A stretch of DNA of 64,000 bases, from positions 12,112 to 76,111 of the forward strand of contig CAZBUK010000002.1 in assembly GCA_964495085.1 (NCBI GenBank). Reading direction: 5' to 3'. The translations under genes were made by a program, and so were the position numbers. Shown piece after piece: positions 9,293 through 21,124 of the stretch (position 1 is the first letter of the stretch; every line of letters starts with the position of its first letter). The notes under the pieces are model-generated. The model was not told the DNA's origin. It made no database searches and worked only from the letters and a program-made list of their open reading frames with translations. The DNA comes from an uncultured Ignavibacteriales bacterium. GTDB taxonomy: Bacteria; Bacteroidota; Ignavibacteria; T3Sed10-11.

Positions 9293-10342
9293 ATGGCAGA
9301 AGAACGAGAAGATTCCAAACCGAAACGACCATTCAGGCGCAGGAGACGCCCTCCCCAGGGAGTACAGGAAACAGACTCCTCACGTCAACCCCAGCAGCCT
9401 GCGGATCAGCGAACACCCGCCGTTTCCGTGGTGATTCCGCTCTATAATGAGGAAGGGTCGATAACGGAGCTCAACAACGAGTTGCGTTCGGTTCTCGGTG
9501 GAATGGGGGTCCCGTATGAAATCGTCTTTGTCGATGACGGGAGTACGGATAAGTCGTTTCAAATTCTTCGCGAGATCTACAGGTCGAACAAACGAATTAA
9601 AATAGTCCGGTTCAGGAGAAATTTCGGAAAAAGCGCAGCCCTCGCAATGGGATTCAAGCGGGCACAGGGGAGTATCATCATCACCATGGACGGAGACCTT
9701 CAGGACGATCCGACTGAAATTCCTCATCTGGTAAGAGAGATCAAGAAGGGCTTCGATGTTATATCCGGATGGAAGCGGAAGCGAAAAGATCCGTTGGCCA
9801 AAATTATCCCCTCGAAATTATTCAACACCGTCGTCCGGGTGGTAACGGGGATCAGGATACACGATTTCAACTGCGGATTGAAGGCATATCGTGCGGAGGC
9901 CGCGAAGAATCTCAAAGTATACGGCGAGCTGCATCGGTTCCTTCCCGTACTCGCTCATTGGCAGGGATTTCGCGTAGGTGAAAAAACTGTCAACCACCGG
10001 CCCCGGAAATTCGGGAGGACGAAGTTCGGCATCGGACGTTTCTTTAAGGGTTTTCTGGATTTCCTGACGGTACTTTTCACCACGAGGTATGCCGCGCGTC
10101 CTCTTCATCTTTTCGGAACAATAGGACTGCTCAGTCTCCTGACCGGTTTTGTGATAGACGCGTATCTCACCGTCCGGTGGTTCCTCGGTCAGATAACGCT
10201 GAGTAATCGTCCCCTCCTGCTCGCGGGATTTCTCCTGATCATCGTCGGCGTCCAATTCATCGCCATCGGACTCCTGGGTGAAATGATCACCCGCTCCCAC
10301 AACATCGAGGACGATTATTCGGTCCGCGAGATTTTGGAATGA
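9293..10342 (+). CDS. GT2 glycosyltransferase, GtrB/DPM1/ArnC-like polyprenyl-phosphate sugar transferase with two C-terminal TM helices
   Basis: GT-A core with DDGSTD and DGD motifs. C-terminal TM pair. Basic, low-complexity N-terminal extension. Confidence 0.85.
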   Translation: MAEEREDSKPKRPFRRRRRPPQGVQETDSSRQPQQPADQRTPAVSVVIPLYNEEGSITELNNELRSVLGGMGVPYEIVFVDDGSTDKSFQILREIYRSNKRIKIVRFRRNFGKSAALAMGFKRAQGSIIITMDGDLQDDPTEIPHLVREIKKGFDVISGWKRKRKDPLAKIIPSKLFNTVVRVVTGIRIHDFNCGLKAYRAEAAKNLKVYGELHRFLPVLAHWQGFRVGEKTVNHRPRKFGRTKFGIGRFFKGFLDFLTVLFTTRYAARPLHLFGTIGLLSLLTGFVIDAYLTVRWFLGQITLSNRPLLLAGFLLIIVGVQFIAIGLLGEMITRSHNIEDDYSVREILE

Positions 10343-10346
10343 GGGG

Positions 10347-11336
10347 ATGAAGATTTCGGTCATCATCGCAGCCTACAACAGGAAAGATGAACTACAGGAG
10401 CTGCTCAAGAGTTTAGGGATTCAAACCCTGCCCCCTTCGCAATTCGAGGTCATCATCGTAGACGACGGATCGACCGACGGCACGATCCGGTTCATACAAA
10501 ACGCCTCGTACCAATTCCGGTTCCGGATTAAATATTTTTTCCAGCAGAATAAAGGTCCGGGGAAAGCGAGGAACCTCGGTATGGAAAGATCCACCGGCGA
10601 CATCCTCCTGTTTATCGATTCAGACTGCATGTTACCCGAGGATTATCTCCGGAAAGTGCATGATGCATTTCTGAACGAGCCCATCGACGCATTCGGCGGG
10701 CCGGACAGATCGGCCGCCGATTTTTCTGCTTGGGATAAAGCGGTCAATTATACGTTGACTTCGTTCTTCACCACCGGCGGATTACGGGGCTCTGCCGGGA
10801 TGCAGTTCGCCCGGTATTATCCCAGAAGTTTCAATATGGGATTTAAACGAGGCATATACGAGGAGATCGGCGGATTCGGATCCATCTATCATTACGGCGA
10901 AGATATCGAGTTCAGCCATCGTATACTCGAATCAGGCGCACGCGTGGCCTATCTCCCGGAAGCCTTCGTATATCATAAACGCCGGTCAGATCCGAGTTCA
11001 TTCGTCAGACAGGTCTTCAAGATGGGACGTGCGCGGCTCCAGCTCGCACGTATCGACCCGAAAATGCTCGAGCCGCTTCACATGGTTCCATCGGCATTAC
11101 TGCTCCTGGCCGCAACCCTGCTCATCGCTTCACTGTACAGCGGAGCGGTCAGATATATCACGACGATCATCGCCTTCGTCTCGCTCCTCGGTCTCATCGT
11201 ACTCTCCCTGCACGGCGGATTCCGGTCGAGAAGTCTCGCCGTAATGCCGCTGATACCTGTCTCGTTCTCGCTGCAGGTGGCGGCATACGGTTGGGGAATG
11301 ATACGGGAAGCGGTACGAAGTATCATCAGGAAATGA
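10347..11336 (+). CDS. GT2 glycosyltransferase with C-terminal TM segments
   Basis: Contains VIIAAYNR…IVDDGSTDGT…FIDSDC (DxD). Hydrophobic C-terminal third. Confidence 0.8.
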   Translation: MKISVIIAAYNRKDELQELLKSLGIQTLPPSQFEVIIVDDGSTDGTIRFIQNASYQFRFRIKYFFQQNKGPGKARNLGMERSTGDILLFIDSDCMLPEDYLRKVHDAFLNEPIDAFGGPDRSAADFSAWDKAVNYTLTSFFTTGGLRGSAGMQFARYYPRSFNMGFKRGIYEEIGGFGSIYHYGEDIEFSHRILESGARVAYLPEAFVYHKRRSDPSSFVRQVFKMGRARLQLARIDPKMLEPLHMVPSALLLLAATLLIASLYSGAVRYITTIIAFVSLLGLIVLSLHGGFRSRSLAVMPLIPVSFSLQVAAYGWGMIREAVRSIIRK

Positions 11337-11346
11337 TCTGCTGCGT

Positions 11347-12108
11347 ATGAGCTCACATCCTCCACTGCTCAGCATCATCACCGTTGTCCGAAACGGAAGT
11401 GAACTGCTCGAAAAAACCATACGGAGCGTACAGAGCCAGACGTATCGCGATTACGAACATGTCATCGTCGACGGAGCCTCGGATGACGGGACGGTCGACC
11501 TTATCAGACGCTCCGCGGATGTCCGGACGTCGTGGATCAGCGAACCGGACCGCGGAATCTACCACGCAATGAACAAAGGTATTAAGATGGCGAGGGGATC
11601 GTACCTCTGGTTCATCAATGCGGGCGACGAAGTATTCGATGAGAATACCCTCGAGCGTTTAACCGAATTGATTCCCGCTGACGGGGATGTCTATTACGGC
11701 GATGCAATGTATATTTCCGGATCGGGAGAGAATATCGGGCTCAGGAGCGTTGTCACACCGCACCGCTTGCCGGAATCGTTGACCTGGCGTCATATGGCCC
11801 GCGGTATGGCGGTCTGCCATCAATCCTTCATTATGAGAAGAAGCAAGGCGCCGTACTTTCGTGAGAAATACCGGTTCAGCAGCGATATCGATTGGGTTAT
11901 CAACTGCCTCAGGCGGAGCGTGCGTATCGTGCACACCCGGTCGGTCCTTTCGAAATACCTCGAAGGGGGCATGTCGAAAAAACATCATATGAAATCGCTG
12001 CTTGAAAGATACTCGGTGCTCCAGCATCATTTCGGCATAGTACCGAATTTTTTCAATCATCTTTACATTACTTTTCGGGCATTCACTTGGGGGTTGAGAA
12101 TACTATGA
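11347..12108 (+). CDS. GT2 glycosyltransferase
   Basis: Contains [10 protein letters not shown]…[11 protein letters not shown]. 253 aa. Confidence 0.8.
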   Translation: MSSHPPLLSIITVVRNGSELLEKTIRSVQSQTYRDYEHVIVDGASDDGTVDLIRRSADVRTSWISEPDRGIYHAMNKGIKMARGSYLWFINAGDEVFDENTLERLTELIPADGDVYYGDAMYISGSGENIGLRSVVTPHRLPESLTWRHMARGMAVCHQSFIMRRSKAPYFREKYRFSSDIDWVINCLRRSVRIVHTRSVLSKYLEGGMSKKHHMKSLLERYSVLQHHFGIVPNFFNHLYITFRAFTWGLRIL

Positions 12109-13262
12109 AAAAAGCGCTCATCACAGGCATCACCGGACAGGACGGATCCTACCTCACCGAGCTGCTACTGCATAAGGGATACGAGGTGCATGGGATCATA
12201 CGCCGTGCGAGCACGTTCAACACGCACCGCATCGAGCATATCTATGTGGACCGGCACGAACCGGGTGCGAATATGTACCTGCACTACGGCGATCTGTCCG
12301 ATGCAGGACTGGTAACCGAGATCATGTACAATATAAAACCGGACGAGGTTTACCATCTCGGCGCCCAGAGCCATGTCCGCGTCTCGTTCGATATGCCGGA
12401 GTACACGGGGAATATTACAGGCATCGGAACAACCCGCCTGCTTGAAGCGATCAGGAGAAGCGGGATCCAGGCGAAGTTCTACCAGGCATCTTCGTCGGAG
12501 ATGTTCGGAGGGGCACCGCCTCCCCAGCATGAAGGGACGCCGTTCGAACCCCGCAGTCCGTATGCCGCCGCCAAGGTCTACGGTTACTGGATCACGGTGA
12601 ACTACCGGGAAGCATACAACTTATTCGCGTGTAACGGAATATTGTTCAATCATGAAAGTCCCCGCCGCGGCGAAACATTCGTCACCCGGAAAATCACCAG
12701 GGCCGTCGCGAACATACTCGGAGGAAAACAGCAAACGGTATTTCTCGGAAACATGAAAGCCAAGCGCGACTGGGGCTTCGCCCCTGAATACATCGAAATG
12801 ATGTGGCTGATGCTGCAGCAGGATAAACCTGACGACTACGTCGTCGGCACCGGAGCAACCCATTCCGTCGGTGAATTTCTGGAACTGGCTTTCCGTTACG
12901 CCGGAGTCGAGCTGGAATGGCAGGGGGATGACTCAAACAGAAAAGGCGTTGTTAAAAGCTGCGACAAGAAATGGGAACGCGTATTAAAGCCGGGTCAGGT
13001 CGTCTCCGCCACCGACCCCGGATATTTTCGTCCGACGGAAGTGGATATTCTGCTCGCCGACATATCCAAAGCGAAAAAACAACTCGGTTGGGAGCCGCGC
13101 TTCACCTTTGAGGAACTGGTAAGGATCATGGTCGACTACGATCTCCTGAGCGCCGGATTGCAGCCGCCGGGCGAGGGACAGTCGGCGCTCAAAAAGAAGG
13201 GTCTTACCTGGACCGCCCACAGCTTCTCTTCACATTTACAAATCAGGAATGAAATTGGATAA
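12105..13262 (+). CDS. gmd: GDP-mannose 4,6-dehydratase
   Basis: Contains [17 protein letters not shown]…YxxxK and the characteristic Gmd length. The start is set at ATG 12105, overlapping the upstream stop (ATGA). The ORF track start at 12087 is an upstream extension. Confidence 0.9.
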   Translation: MKKALITGITGQDGSYLTELLLHKGYEVHGIIRRASTFNTHRIEHIYVDRHEPGANMYLHYGDLSDAGLVTEIMYNIKPDEVYHLGAQSHVRVSFDMPEYTGNITGIGTTRLLEAIRRSGIQAKFYQASSSEMFGGAPPPQHEGTPFEPRSPYAAAKVYGYWITVNYREAYNLFACNGILFNHESPRRGETFVTRKITRAVANILGGKQQTVFLGNMKAKRDWGFAPEYIEMMWLMLQQDKPDDYVVGTGATHSVGEFLELAFRYAGVELEWQGDDSNRKGVVKSCDKKWERVLKPGQVVSATDPGYFRPTEVDILLADISKAKKQLGWEPRFTFEELVRIMVDYDLLSAGLQPPGEGQSALKKKGLTWTAHSFSSHLQIRNEIG

Positions 13263-14310
13263 ATCTGCAAAAATATTCGTTGCGGGTCATCGGGGACTCG
13301 TCGGTTCCGCCATTGTTCGCAAGCTGCGGAGCGAAGGCTACGGTAATCTATTGCTGCGCACCCGTGCCGAGTTGGATCTTTCTGTACAATCAGATGTGGA
13401 GAGCTTTTTTCAGAGCGAGAAACCGGAATACGTATTTCTCGCCGCGGCGAAGGTCGGCGGCATTCTGGCAAACAATACCTACAAAGCCGACTTTATCTCC
13501 CGCAATCTTTCCATAGCTCTGCACGTGATCGAATCCGCATACCGGACCGGCGTCGTGAAGTTACTGAACCTCGGTTCTTCCTGCATTTATCCGAAACTCG
13601 CACCGCAGCCCTTAAAGGAGGAGTATCTCCTCACGGGTCCGCTCGAGCCGACGAACGAACCGTATGCCATTGCAAAGATCGCGGCAATCAAGCTGTGCAG
13701 GTACTACCATGAGCAACATGGAACGAATTATATCTCCGCGATGCCGACAAACATTTACGGACCGCATGATAATTTCAATCTGGAGACGGCGCATGTCCTG
13801 CCCGCCCTCATCAGAAAATTCCATCTCGCGAATTTGCTCAGGCAGGGGAACCGGCAGGCAATCCGCGACGATCTCGATCGCTACCCTGTCGGATTCGGGT
13901 TGACCGGAAAATCGAGCGATGACGGAATCGACAGCTTGCTGCAGAACCTCGGCATCGGCGCCGAGAGCGTCACCCTCTGGGGTACGGGATCCCCCTACCG
14001 CGAATTTCTCTACGTGGACGAGCTGGCGGATGCATGTCTCTTCCTTATGGAACGCCATGATTACGCGACAATCGGGGAATTCGTCAACGTCGGCACGGGA
14101 GCGGATCTTCGGATTTCGGAGACGGCGGAGTTGGTCCGCAGCGCGACCGGATTCACGGGAGACATCGGATACGATTCGTCGAAACCGGATGGTACTCCGA
14201 AAAAGCTGCTTGACGTCAACAGGATGAATTCCCTCGGATGGAGAGCCCGCGTCCCGCTCGAAGAGGGAATCCGGAAAACCTATGCATGGTATCTGAACGG
14301 AAATCTTTGA
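13249..14310 (+). CDS. fcl: GDP-L-fucose synthase (GDP-4-keto-6-deoxymannose 3,5-epimerase/4-reductase)
   Basis: Contains [14 protein letters not shown]…YxxxK. It sits immediately downstream of gmd. Confidence 0.9.
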   Translation: MKLDKSAKIFVAGHRGLVGSAIVRKLRSEGYGNLLLRTRAELDLSVQSDVESFFQSEKPEYVFLAAAKVGGILANNTYKADFISRNLSIALHVIESAYRTGVVKLLNLGSSCIYPKLAPQPLKEEYLLTGPLEPTNEPYAIAKIAAIKLCRYYHEQHGTNYISAMPTNIYGPHDNFNLETAHVLPALIRKFHLANLLRQGNRQAIRDDLDRYPVGFGLTGKSSDDGIDSLLQNLGIGAESVTLWGTGSPYREFLYVDELADACLFLMERHDYATIGEFVNVGTGADLRISETAELVRSATGFTGDIGYDSSKPDGTPKKLLDVNRMNSLGWRARVPLEEGIRKTYAWYLNGNL

Positions 14311-14326
14311 AACTTCGGCCGGTATC

Positions 14327-15667
14327 GTGAACCTCATTCGTATAATCCGCGGCAAACTCCAGGCCGATCAGACCCTTCGGAAGATTACCGTAAATACCGT
14401 CTGGCTGACGGCCGACCGGGTCGTCCGCATGGGAATCGGGTTGATCGTTGCAGTTTGGGTAGCGCGCTACCTCGGTCCTGAACAGTTCGGTATTTTAAAC
14501 TACGCTCTTGCGTTCGTGGCGTTGTTCACTGCGTTTGCGACCCTCGGACTGGAACACATCTCCATACGGGAGATCGTCCGGAATACCGATGTAAAATACG
14601 ACATCATCGGCACCACGTTCTATCTGAAGCTTTCCGGTGCGATTGTCGCCTGTGTTTGCATTGGAGTTGCCGTCACGCTCATCCGGCCCGACGATCCCCT
14701 CACGAGAACCGTGGTAATGATCGTCGCGGGCACGCTCATCTTTCATGCCTTCGACGTCATAGACTACTGGTTTCAATCGCAGGTACAGTCGAAGTACAGC
14801 GTCATTGCGCGTAATTCCGCATTTCTGATCATCGCCGGGACGCAGGTTTATCTAATACTTCGCGCCGCACCGCTCGAAGCGTTTGCCTTTGCAAGATTAG
14901 CCGAATTCGGCATTGCCGCTCTTGGCCTGACGGTAATGTACCATCTCACGCGACAGCGCATCGCGGGCTGGTCCGGCAGTCTGAAGACTGCAAAATCTCT
15001 CCTGCGAGACAGCTGGCCGCTGCTCTTCTCGGGAATCATGATAACGATATATATGCGCATCGATCAGGTGATGATCGGTCAGATGGTCGGCGATGCCGAG
15101 GTAGGTATCTATTCCGCGGCGGTCCGCCTTTCGGAGGTCTGGTACTTTATTCCGATGGCGATCGTCTCTTCAACGTTTCCAAGCATCGTCCGGGCGAAAG
15201 AGGCGAATGAGGAGCTGTTTTATACCCGGCTGCAGCGTCTGTATAACCTGATGACATTCCTCGGCTACGCGGTTGCGATCCCCGCAACGTTTGTCGCAGG
15301 ATACATCATCGAGTCCCTCTTCGGGAGCGAGTATTCGGCTGCAGGATCGATGCTCGCCGTTCTGATTTGGGGAGGCATATTCGTCAACCTCGGCGTAGCG
15401 CGGAGCTCCTTTCTGACGACGATGAACTGGACCCGGCTTCATTTGTTGTCGACCTTGTTCGGATGTATCATCAATGTCGCGTTGAATTTTATATTGATAC
15501 CGTTTTACGGCGGCGTAGGCGCGGCAATTTCGTCCGTTGCGGCTTATTGGTTTACCGCCCATGGATCCTGTCTGCTTCATCCGTCGCTGCACCGGACCGG
15601 GAAGATGATCTCGAAAGCGCTTGTATTTCCAAAATTCTGGGATGAGAGCTATTATAGGAAAATGTGA
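14327..15667 (+). CDS. wzx: MOP-superfamily oligosaccharide flippase (Wzx-like)
   Basis: 446 aa and about 12 TM helices, matching the polysaccharide biosynthesis protein architecture. Confidence 0.75.
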   Translation: MNLIRIIRGKLQADQTLRKITVNTVWLTADRVVRMGIGLIVAVWVARYLGPEQFGILNYALAFVALFTAFATLGLEHISIREIVRNTDVKYDIIGTTFYLKLSGAIVACVCIGVAVTLIRPDDPLTRTVVMIVAGTLIFHAFDVIDYWFQSQVQSKYSVIARNSAFLIIAGTQVYLILRAAPLEAFAFARLAEFGIAALGLTVMYHLTRQRIAGWSGSLKTAKSLLRDSWPLLFSGIMITIYMRIDQVMIGQMVGDAEVGIYSAAVRLSEVWYFIPMAIVSSTFPSIVRAKEANEELFYTRLQRLYNLMTFLGYAVAIPATFVAGYIIESLFGSEYSAAGSMLAVLIWGGIFVNLGVARSSFLTTMNWTRLHLLSTLFGCIINVALNFILIPFYGGVGAAISSVAAYWFTAHGSCLLHPSLHRTGKMISKALVFPKFWDESYYRKM

Positions 15668-15903
15668 GGCGATATTCAGGAGCGTACCGTTCGTACGAAC
15701 CGATGCGGACATCCCGAATCGCCGCAGGCAGGATGTTGACATTTGCACTTTCAGGCACCCTTGCATACGATGACGGTAAAAGGCATATTAACGCGAAGAG
15801 CTTTCCGGATCGAATACTTCAGGCAAATGTATCCTGAACGCGATTCTGCAACGCGGGGAGGGATGCACATAAATCGATTAACAGACATATACAGACGGAG
15901 CAT

Positions 15904-16782
<879 letters not shown>

Positions 16783-16783
16783 T

Positions 16784-17728
16784 ATGAACATCATCGACAA
16801 AATTCTCAGGGAACCCGAATTTGAAACCTCTCCTCCCGTTCTCATCGATATAGGCGCATCCGGAGAGATTCACAAAAAATGGAAGGAAATCGCCGCCTAC
16901 TCGGTATGCGTCGCCTTCGATGCCGACGATCGCGAATTCAACGTATCGGAGGCCGGAAATTCCGGATTTAAAAAGCTCTACCGTCTCAACAGTCTCGTCG
17001 GTACAACGACATCCGATCGGACGCCTTTCCACCTGACAAAGTCTCCTTTCTGTTCGAGCATGCTCGAACCGGATACCGGGAGTGTACAGAACTGGTCGTT
17101 CGCCGACGCGTTTCAAGTAGAGAAAATCGTTACTATAAGATCGGTAGATATCGTTGAGGCAGTTGACCGGCTGAAGCTCGCCTCCGTCGACTGGCTCAAA
17201 TCTGATTCGCAGGGAATCGATCTCAGGTTGTTCCAGCGGCTAACCGAGGGCTTCGGAAAATTTCCGCTTGCGGTCGAATTTGAGCCCGGACTCATTCCTG
17301 TTTACCGTCAGGAAGACATGGTGAAGGACGTCCTGGCAGCGATGACCGGCTCCGAATACTGGCTCTCCTCGCTTCACGTCAAAGGTACGAAGCGAATCAA
17401 CAGGTCGCTCCTCGGGCGGTTCGATAACGCCTCGCTGCGTGGAAGACTTCCGCTGGGTATCAGGAACTCACCCTGCTGGTGCGAAATGACCTACCTGCAT
17501 TTGATGACCGGAGATTCCTTCAGCCGGCGGGAATACCTGCTGGCCATTGTGTTTGCCTTCATCGAGAAACAGTACGGTTTCGCGCTCGAACTGGCGGAAC
17601 GGGGGTCGGAACTCTTCGGCGATCGACTGTTTCGGGATATATATCATCGTTTGTACAGACGCATCGCATTGCATACGCTGAATATTCCGCTGCAACTATT
17701 CAGGAGAGCGTTCTACAAATATACGTAG
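16784..17728 (+). CDS. FkbM-family methyltransferase-like protein
   Basis: Contains LIDIGASGE…VDWLKSDSQGIDLRLF, which resembles the FkbM DIGAN…DxLKxDxEG motifs. Confidence 0.5.
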   Translation: MNIIDKILREPEFETSPPVLIDIGASGEIHKKWKEIAAYSVCVAFDADDREFNVSEAGNSGFKKLYRLNSLVGTTTSDRTPFHLTKSPFCSSMLEPDTGSVQNWSFADAFQVEKIVTIRSVDIVEAVDRLKLASVDWLKSDSQGIDLRLFQRLTEGFGKFPLAVEFEPGLIPVYRQEDMVKDVLAAMTGSEYWLSSLHVKGTKRINRSLLGRFDNASLRGRLPLGIRNSPCWCEMTYLHLMTGDSFSRREYLLAIVFAFIEKQYGFALELAERGSELFGDRLFRDIYHRLYRRIALHTLNIPLQLFRRAFYKYT

Positions 17729-17784
17729 CACGTTTTAAAAGCCCGTTCAATTCCGTCTCGGATTTTTCCGTAGGTCGACGTATC

Positions 17785-19011
17785 ATGAAATTCCTCAAGA
17801 TCACGACACTCTACCCGTCTTATATCCGGTATTTCTATTCACGCAACCCCTCATTGCGCAGCGCATCGTACGAAGTTCAAAAGGCAGGACTGGATAACGA
17901 TTCATTCGGATGGATGGATGCCTGGAGCCACGCGCTTACCCCGCTCGGCTACGATGTCATGGAGGTCAACGCAAACGTGCTGCCGCTTCAGACGGCATGG
18001 GCGCGGGAGCACGGCGTTCCGGTTAACAGACTTACTTGGCAGAAGGATATCGCAACCGCGCAGATAGGGGCATTCCGTCCCGATATAATCTTCACCCAGG
18101 ATCCCGCAGGTTTGCGGTATATCGACATAGGAAATATCAAACGCGACATGCCGTCGGTGAAGCTCACCATGGCATGGTGCGGCGCTCCGATGGCGGACTT
18201 TAGCGTTCTCCGCCTGCACGACCTGGTACTCTCGTGCATCCCGGAACTCGTGCAATATTTCGACAGCACCGGAATACCTGCATTTCATCTCGATCACGCG
18301 TTCGATCCCCGCGTACTCGACCGGATAGATTCAGAGGCCGAAAAATCGATCGACTTCTCATTCATCGGACAACTCGTCCGCAGCCGTAATTTTCATCTCG
18401 CCCGGGAAACCCTTCTCGAATACCTGACTGAGACCGGGGGCATAACGATCTTCACGCCGAACTATCGTACGCCGCCGCTCAAGGCGATCAAGACATACAT
18501 CCGGTATCCGCTCTATTATACCGTTAGATTATTTCGTACCTTGGGAATACCGGACGAAATGCTGAAAAAAGCGGCGGGAGCCGGAAGGTACGACGTCATC
18601 AGCGATAAACCCCGGAATCCCGTCAACCGGAAGCTGGCTCCCTTTATGCAGCCACCGGTATTCGGACTGGAAATGTATCGAACCCTGCAGAAATCCAAAG
18701 TCACCTTGAACAGCCACATCGATATCTCCGTCAATTCCGCTTCAAATATGAGACTCTTCGAAGCGACGGGTGTGGGTACCTGCCTCCTGACGGACTGGAA
18801 AAAGAACATCCCCCGGCTCTTCGAACCCGATCATGAAGTCGTAACCTACGCTTCTCCGGAAGAATGCAGCGAAAAAGTCCGGTGGTTGCTCGATAATCCC
18901 GAAGAACGGGAAAAGATTTCCGCGCACGGCCGGAAACGGACGCTTCGGGATCATACGTTCACAAACCGGGCCGATATTTTGCATGAAATAATTCGGAAAG
19001 CGCTCGGATAG
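17785..19011 (+). CDS. CgeB-like glycosyltransferase (DUF3880 + GT1-type C-terminal domain)
   Basis: The C-terminal region (…ASNMRLFEATGVGTCLLTD…) is typical of the CgeB family. The start is set at ATG 17785. The track ORF at 17479 is an upstream extension overlapping the previous gene. Confidence 0.65.
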   Translation: MKFLKITTLYPSYIRYFYSRNPSLRSASYEVQKAGLDNDSFGWMDAWSHALTPLGYDVMEVNANVLPLQTAWAREHGVPVNRLTWQKDIATAQIGAFRPDIIFTQDPAGLRYIDIGNIKRDMPSVKLTMAWCGAPMADFSVLRLHDLVLSCIPELVQYFDSTGIPAFHLDHAFDPRVLDRIDSEAEKSIDFSFIGQLVRSRNFHLARETLLEYLTETGGITIFTPNYRTPPLKAIKTYIRYPLYYTVRLFRTLGIPDEMLKKAAGAGRYDVISDKPRNPVNRKLAPFMQPPVFGLEMYRTLQKSKVTLNSHIDISVNSASNMRLFEATGVGTCLLTDWKKNIPRLFEPDHEVVTYASPEECSEKVRWLLDNPEEREKISAHGRKRTLRDHTFTNRADILHEIIRKALG

Positions 19012-19842
19012 ATGGAAGGGCTCATTAAACCGCTTCTCTACGATCCCGGCAAACATATATATCGGTTGGTCAGGGAAAAAAATTACCGGACACTCTGCTG
19101 GATGGCGTCGCGGTTTACATTCCGCAACCGGCGAAGCCCGGGAAAAACCCGGCTGCATTCCTGGACCGTTCATTTCCCCGATGCGCTGTCGCTGCTCTTT
19201 ACATACAGGGACATATTCGTGAACGGGCTCTATGCATTTCCGGCTGCAGACAATAGACCGCATATAGTCGATGCCGGAGCGAACATAGGCCTGAGCGCAT
19301 TGTTCTTTAAACAGCTCTATCCGGAGTGCCGCATAACCGCGCTTGAACCGGATCCGGCGGTGTTCTCATATCTCGAAAAAAATATGCGAGGGAACGGTTA
19401 TACGGACGTTCGTCTGATCAACTCCGCCGCGTGGGTGAGCGATACACAGCTCTCATTCCACCCCGAAGGCGCGGATGCGGGGTATCTCACAGACAGGAGC
19501 GGGAACGGTACGATAACCGTTGAAGCGATCGATCTTGCGCAGCTGCTTCGGGATGAACGGGTCGATTTTCTGAAATTGGATATCGAGGGGGCGGAATCTG
19601 TCGTCGTTCCGGGTTGCAGCGATGCATTCGAACGAATTCCATTCGTGTTTGTCGAGTATCATTCGCGCATCGGAGAAAAGCAATCCATCGATTCCATCGT
19701 ATCCGTTCTGAGCCGTGCAGGATACCGTCTCCATATGCAGCCCGTATTCTATTCACCCGCCCCGTTCAGAACGCGGCGGACGCAATTCGGATTCGATCTA
19801 CAGGTAAATATTTTCGCATGGAAAGAGATACCCCGGTCATGA
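19012..19842 (+). CDS. FkbM-family SAM-dependent methyltransferase
   Basis: Contains IVDAGANIG…ALEPDP…VDFLKLDIEGAE. Confidence 0.8.
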   Translation: MEGLIKPLLYDPGKHIYRLVREKNYRTLCWMASRFTFRNRRSPGKTRLHSWTVHFPDALSLLFTYRDIFVNGLYAFPAADNRPHIVDAGANIGLSALFFKQLYPECRITALEPDPAVFSYLEKNMRGNGYTDVRLINSAAWVSDTQLSFHPEGADAGYLTDRSGNGTITVEAIDLAQLLRDERVDFLKLDIEGAESVVVPGCSDAFERIPFVFVEYHSRIGEKQSIDSIVSVLSRAGYRLHMQPVFYSPAPFRTRRTQFGFDLQVNIFAWKEIPRS

Positions 19843-19879
19843 TAAGATTCAACATTCGTCGCGGAAGGTTTCCGGTGCG

Positions 19880-21124
19880 ATGAAAATTTTACATTTCAGT
19901 GCGGACGATATCGTTTACGGTGCGGGGCGCGCCGCTTACCGGATCCACGAAGCCCTCCTGAGCAACGGAATGGATTCGCTTTTCGAGGTGCAGGTCAAGG
20001 GAAGCACCGACAGGACCGTGCGGGGACCGGCGACGCCGCTGAAGAAAGGAATCGGGTTGGTCCGCCCATTCATCGACTCGCTCCCGCTCCAGATGTATCC
20101 CGGAAGAAAGCGGGTTCAATGGTCCGCTTCCTGGTTGCCGTACCGTCTCGGAAAATCGATCCGGGCCGTCCGGCCGGATATCGTCCATGTCCATTGGATA
20201 GGGAACGGCTTCATCCCGATATCCGGATTTCAAAAAATGAAAACACCGATCGTCTGGACGCTCCATGATATGTGGGGATTTACGGGCGGATGTCACTACA
20301 GCGGAGATTGCGTTAAATATAAGGATCGATGCGGGGCGTGCCCTCAGTTATCTTCCCGCCGCGAGCACGACCTCAGCAGATGGGTGTGGAACAGAAAGCA
20401 GAAGCACTGGTACGGATTACCGATGCATATCGTCGCGCCGAGCCGATGGCTCTATGAATGTGTACGGGAAAGCTCGCTCATGAAGGACAAGCCGGTCGAA
20501 TTGATCCCGTATTGCATCGATACCACCCTTTATAGAGATATCGATCGGTCAACGGCACGCGATGCTCTCGGGATTCCGGTAGACAGAACTCTCCTCTTAT
20601 TCGGCGCCATAAATGCCCACAGCGACCGCAGGAAAGGGTTTCACCTGCTCCAGCCGGCGCTGCGGAAGCTGGCAGGAAGCGGCCATAACGGGATTGAACT
20701 CGTCGTCTTCGGATCGTCCGAACCCCTTGAACCGCCGGATTTCGGCTTCCCCGTCCGGTACATGGGCAGGCTGCATGACGATCAGACGCTCGCTCTGCTG
20801 TATGCCGCGTCGGATCTCCATCTCGCGCCGTCGACCGAAGACAACCTTCCCAATACCGTCATCGAGGCGATGGCATGCGGAACTCCAACGGTCGCATTCC
20901 GGATCGGCGGCATGCCCGACATGATAGATCATCATCAGAATGGTTATATCGCAGAACCGTTCGATATCGACGATTTTGCAAGCGGTATCCGGTGGATGCT
21001 CGAAGACCGGAACAGGCTGGCCGGTCTGCGCTCGGCCGCCCGGCAAAAAACCGAACGTACATATACGCAAACGCTCATCGCCGGGAAATACCGGTCGATT
21101 TATACGAACCTCATCAGAGGATGA
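19880..21124 (+). CDS. GT4-family glycosyltransferase
   Basis: GT-B fold with a C-terminal EAMACGTPTVA-type motif. Confidence 0.8.
   Translation: MKILHFSADDIVYGAGRAAYRIHEALLSNGMDSLFEVQVKGSTDRTVRGPATPLKKGIGLVRPFIDSLPLQMYPGRKRVQWSASWLPYRLGKSIRAVRPDIVHVHWIGNGFIPISGFQKMKTPIVWTLHDMWGFTGGCHYSGDCVKYKDRCGACPQLSSRREHDLSRWVWNRKQKHWYGLPMHIVAPSRWLYECVRESSLMKDKPVELIPYCIDTTLYRDIDRSTARDALGIPVDRTLLLFGAINAHSDRRKGFHLLQPALRKLAGSGHNGIELVVFGSSEPLEPPDFGFPVRYMGRLHDDQTLALLYAASDLHLAPSTEDNLPNTVIEAMACGTPTVAFRIGGMPDMIDHHQNGYIAEPFDIDDFASGIRWMLEDRNRLAGLRSAARQKTERTYTQTLIAGKYRSIYTNLIRG

Noticed and set aside
17479-17784. 5' extensions of track ORFs (17479, 25038, 25817, 35709, 53913-53969, 59987-60082, 12087)
   Set aside because: These extensions overlap upstream genes or run into intergenic repeats. 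Internal ATGs with good RBSs and the conserved protein N-termini define shorter genes.
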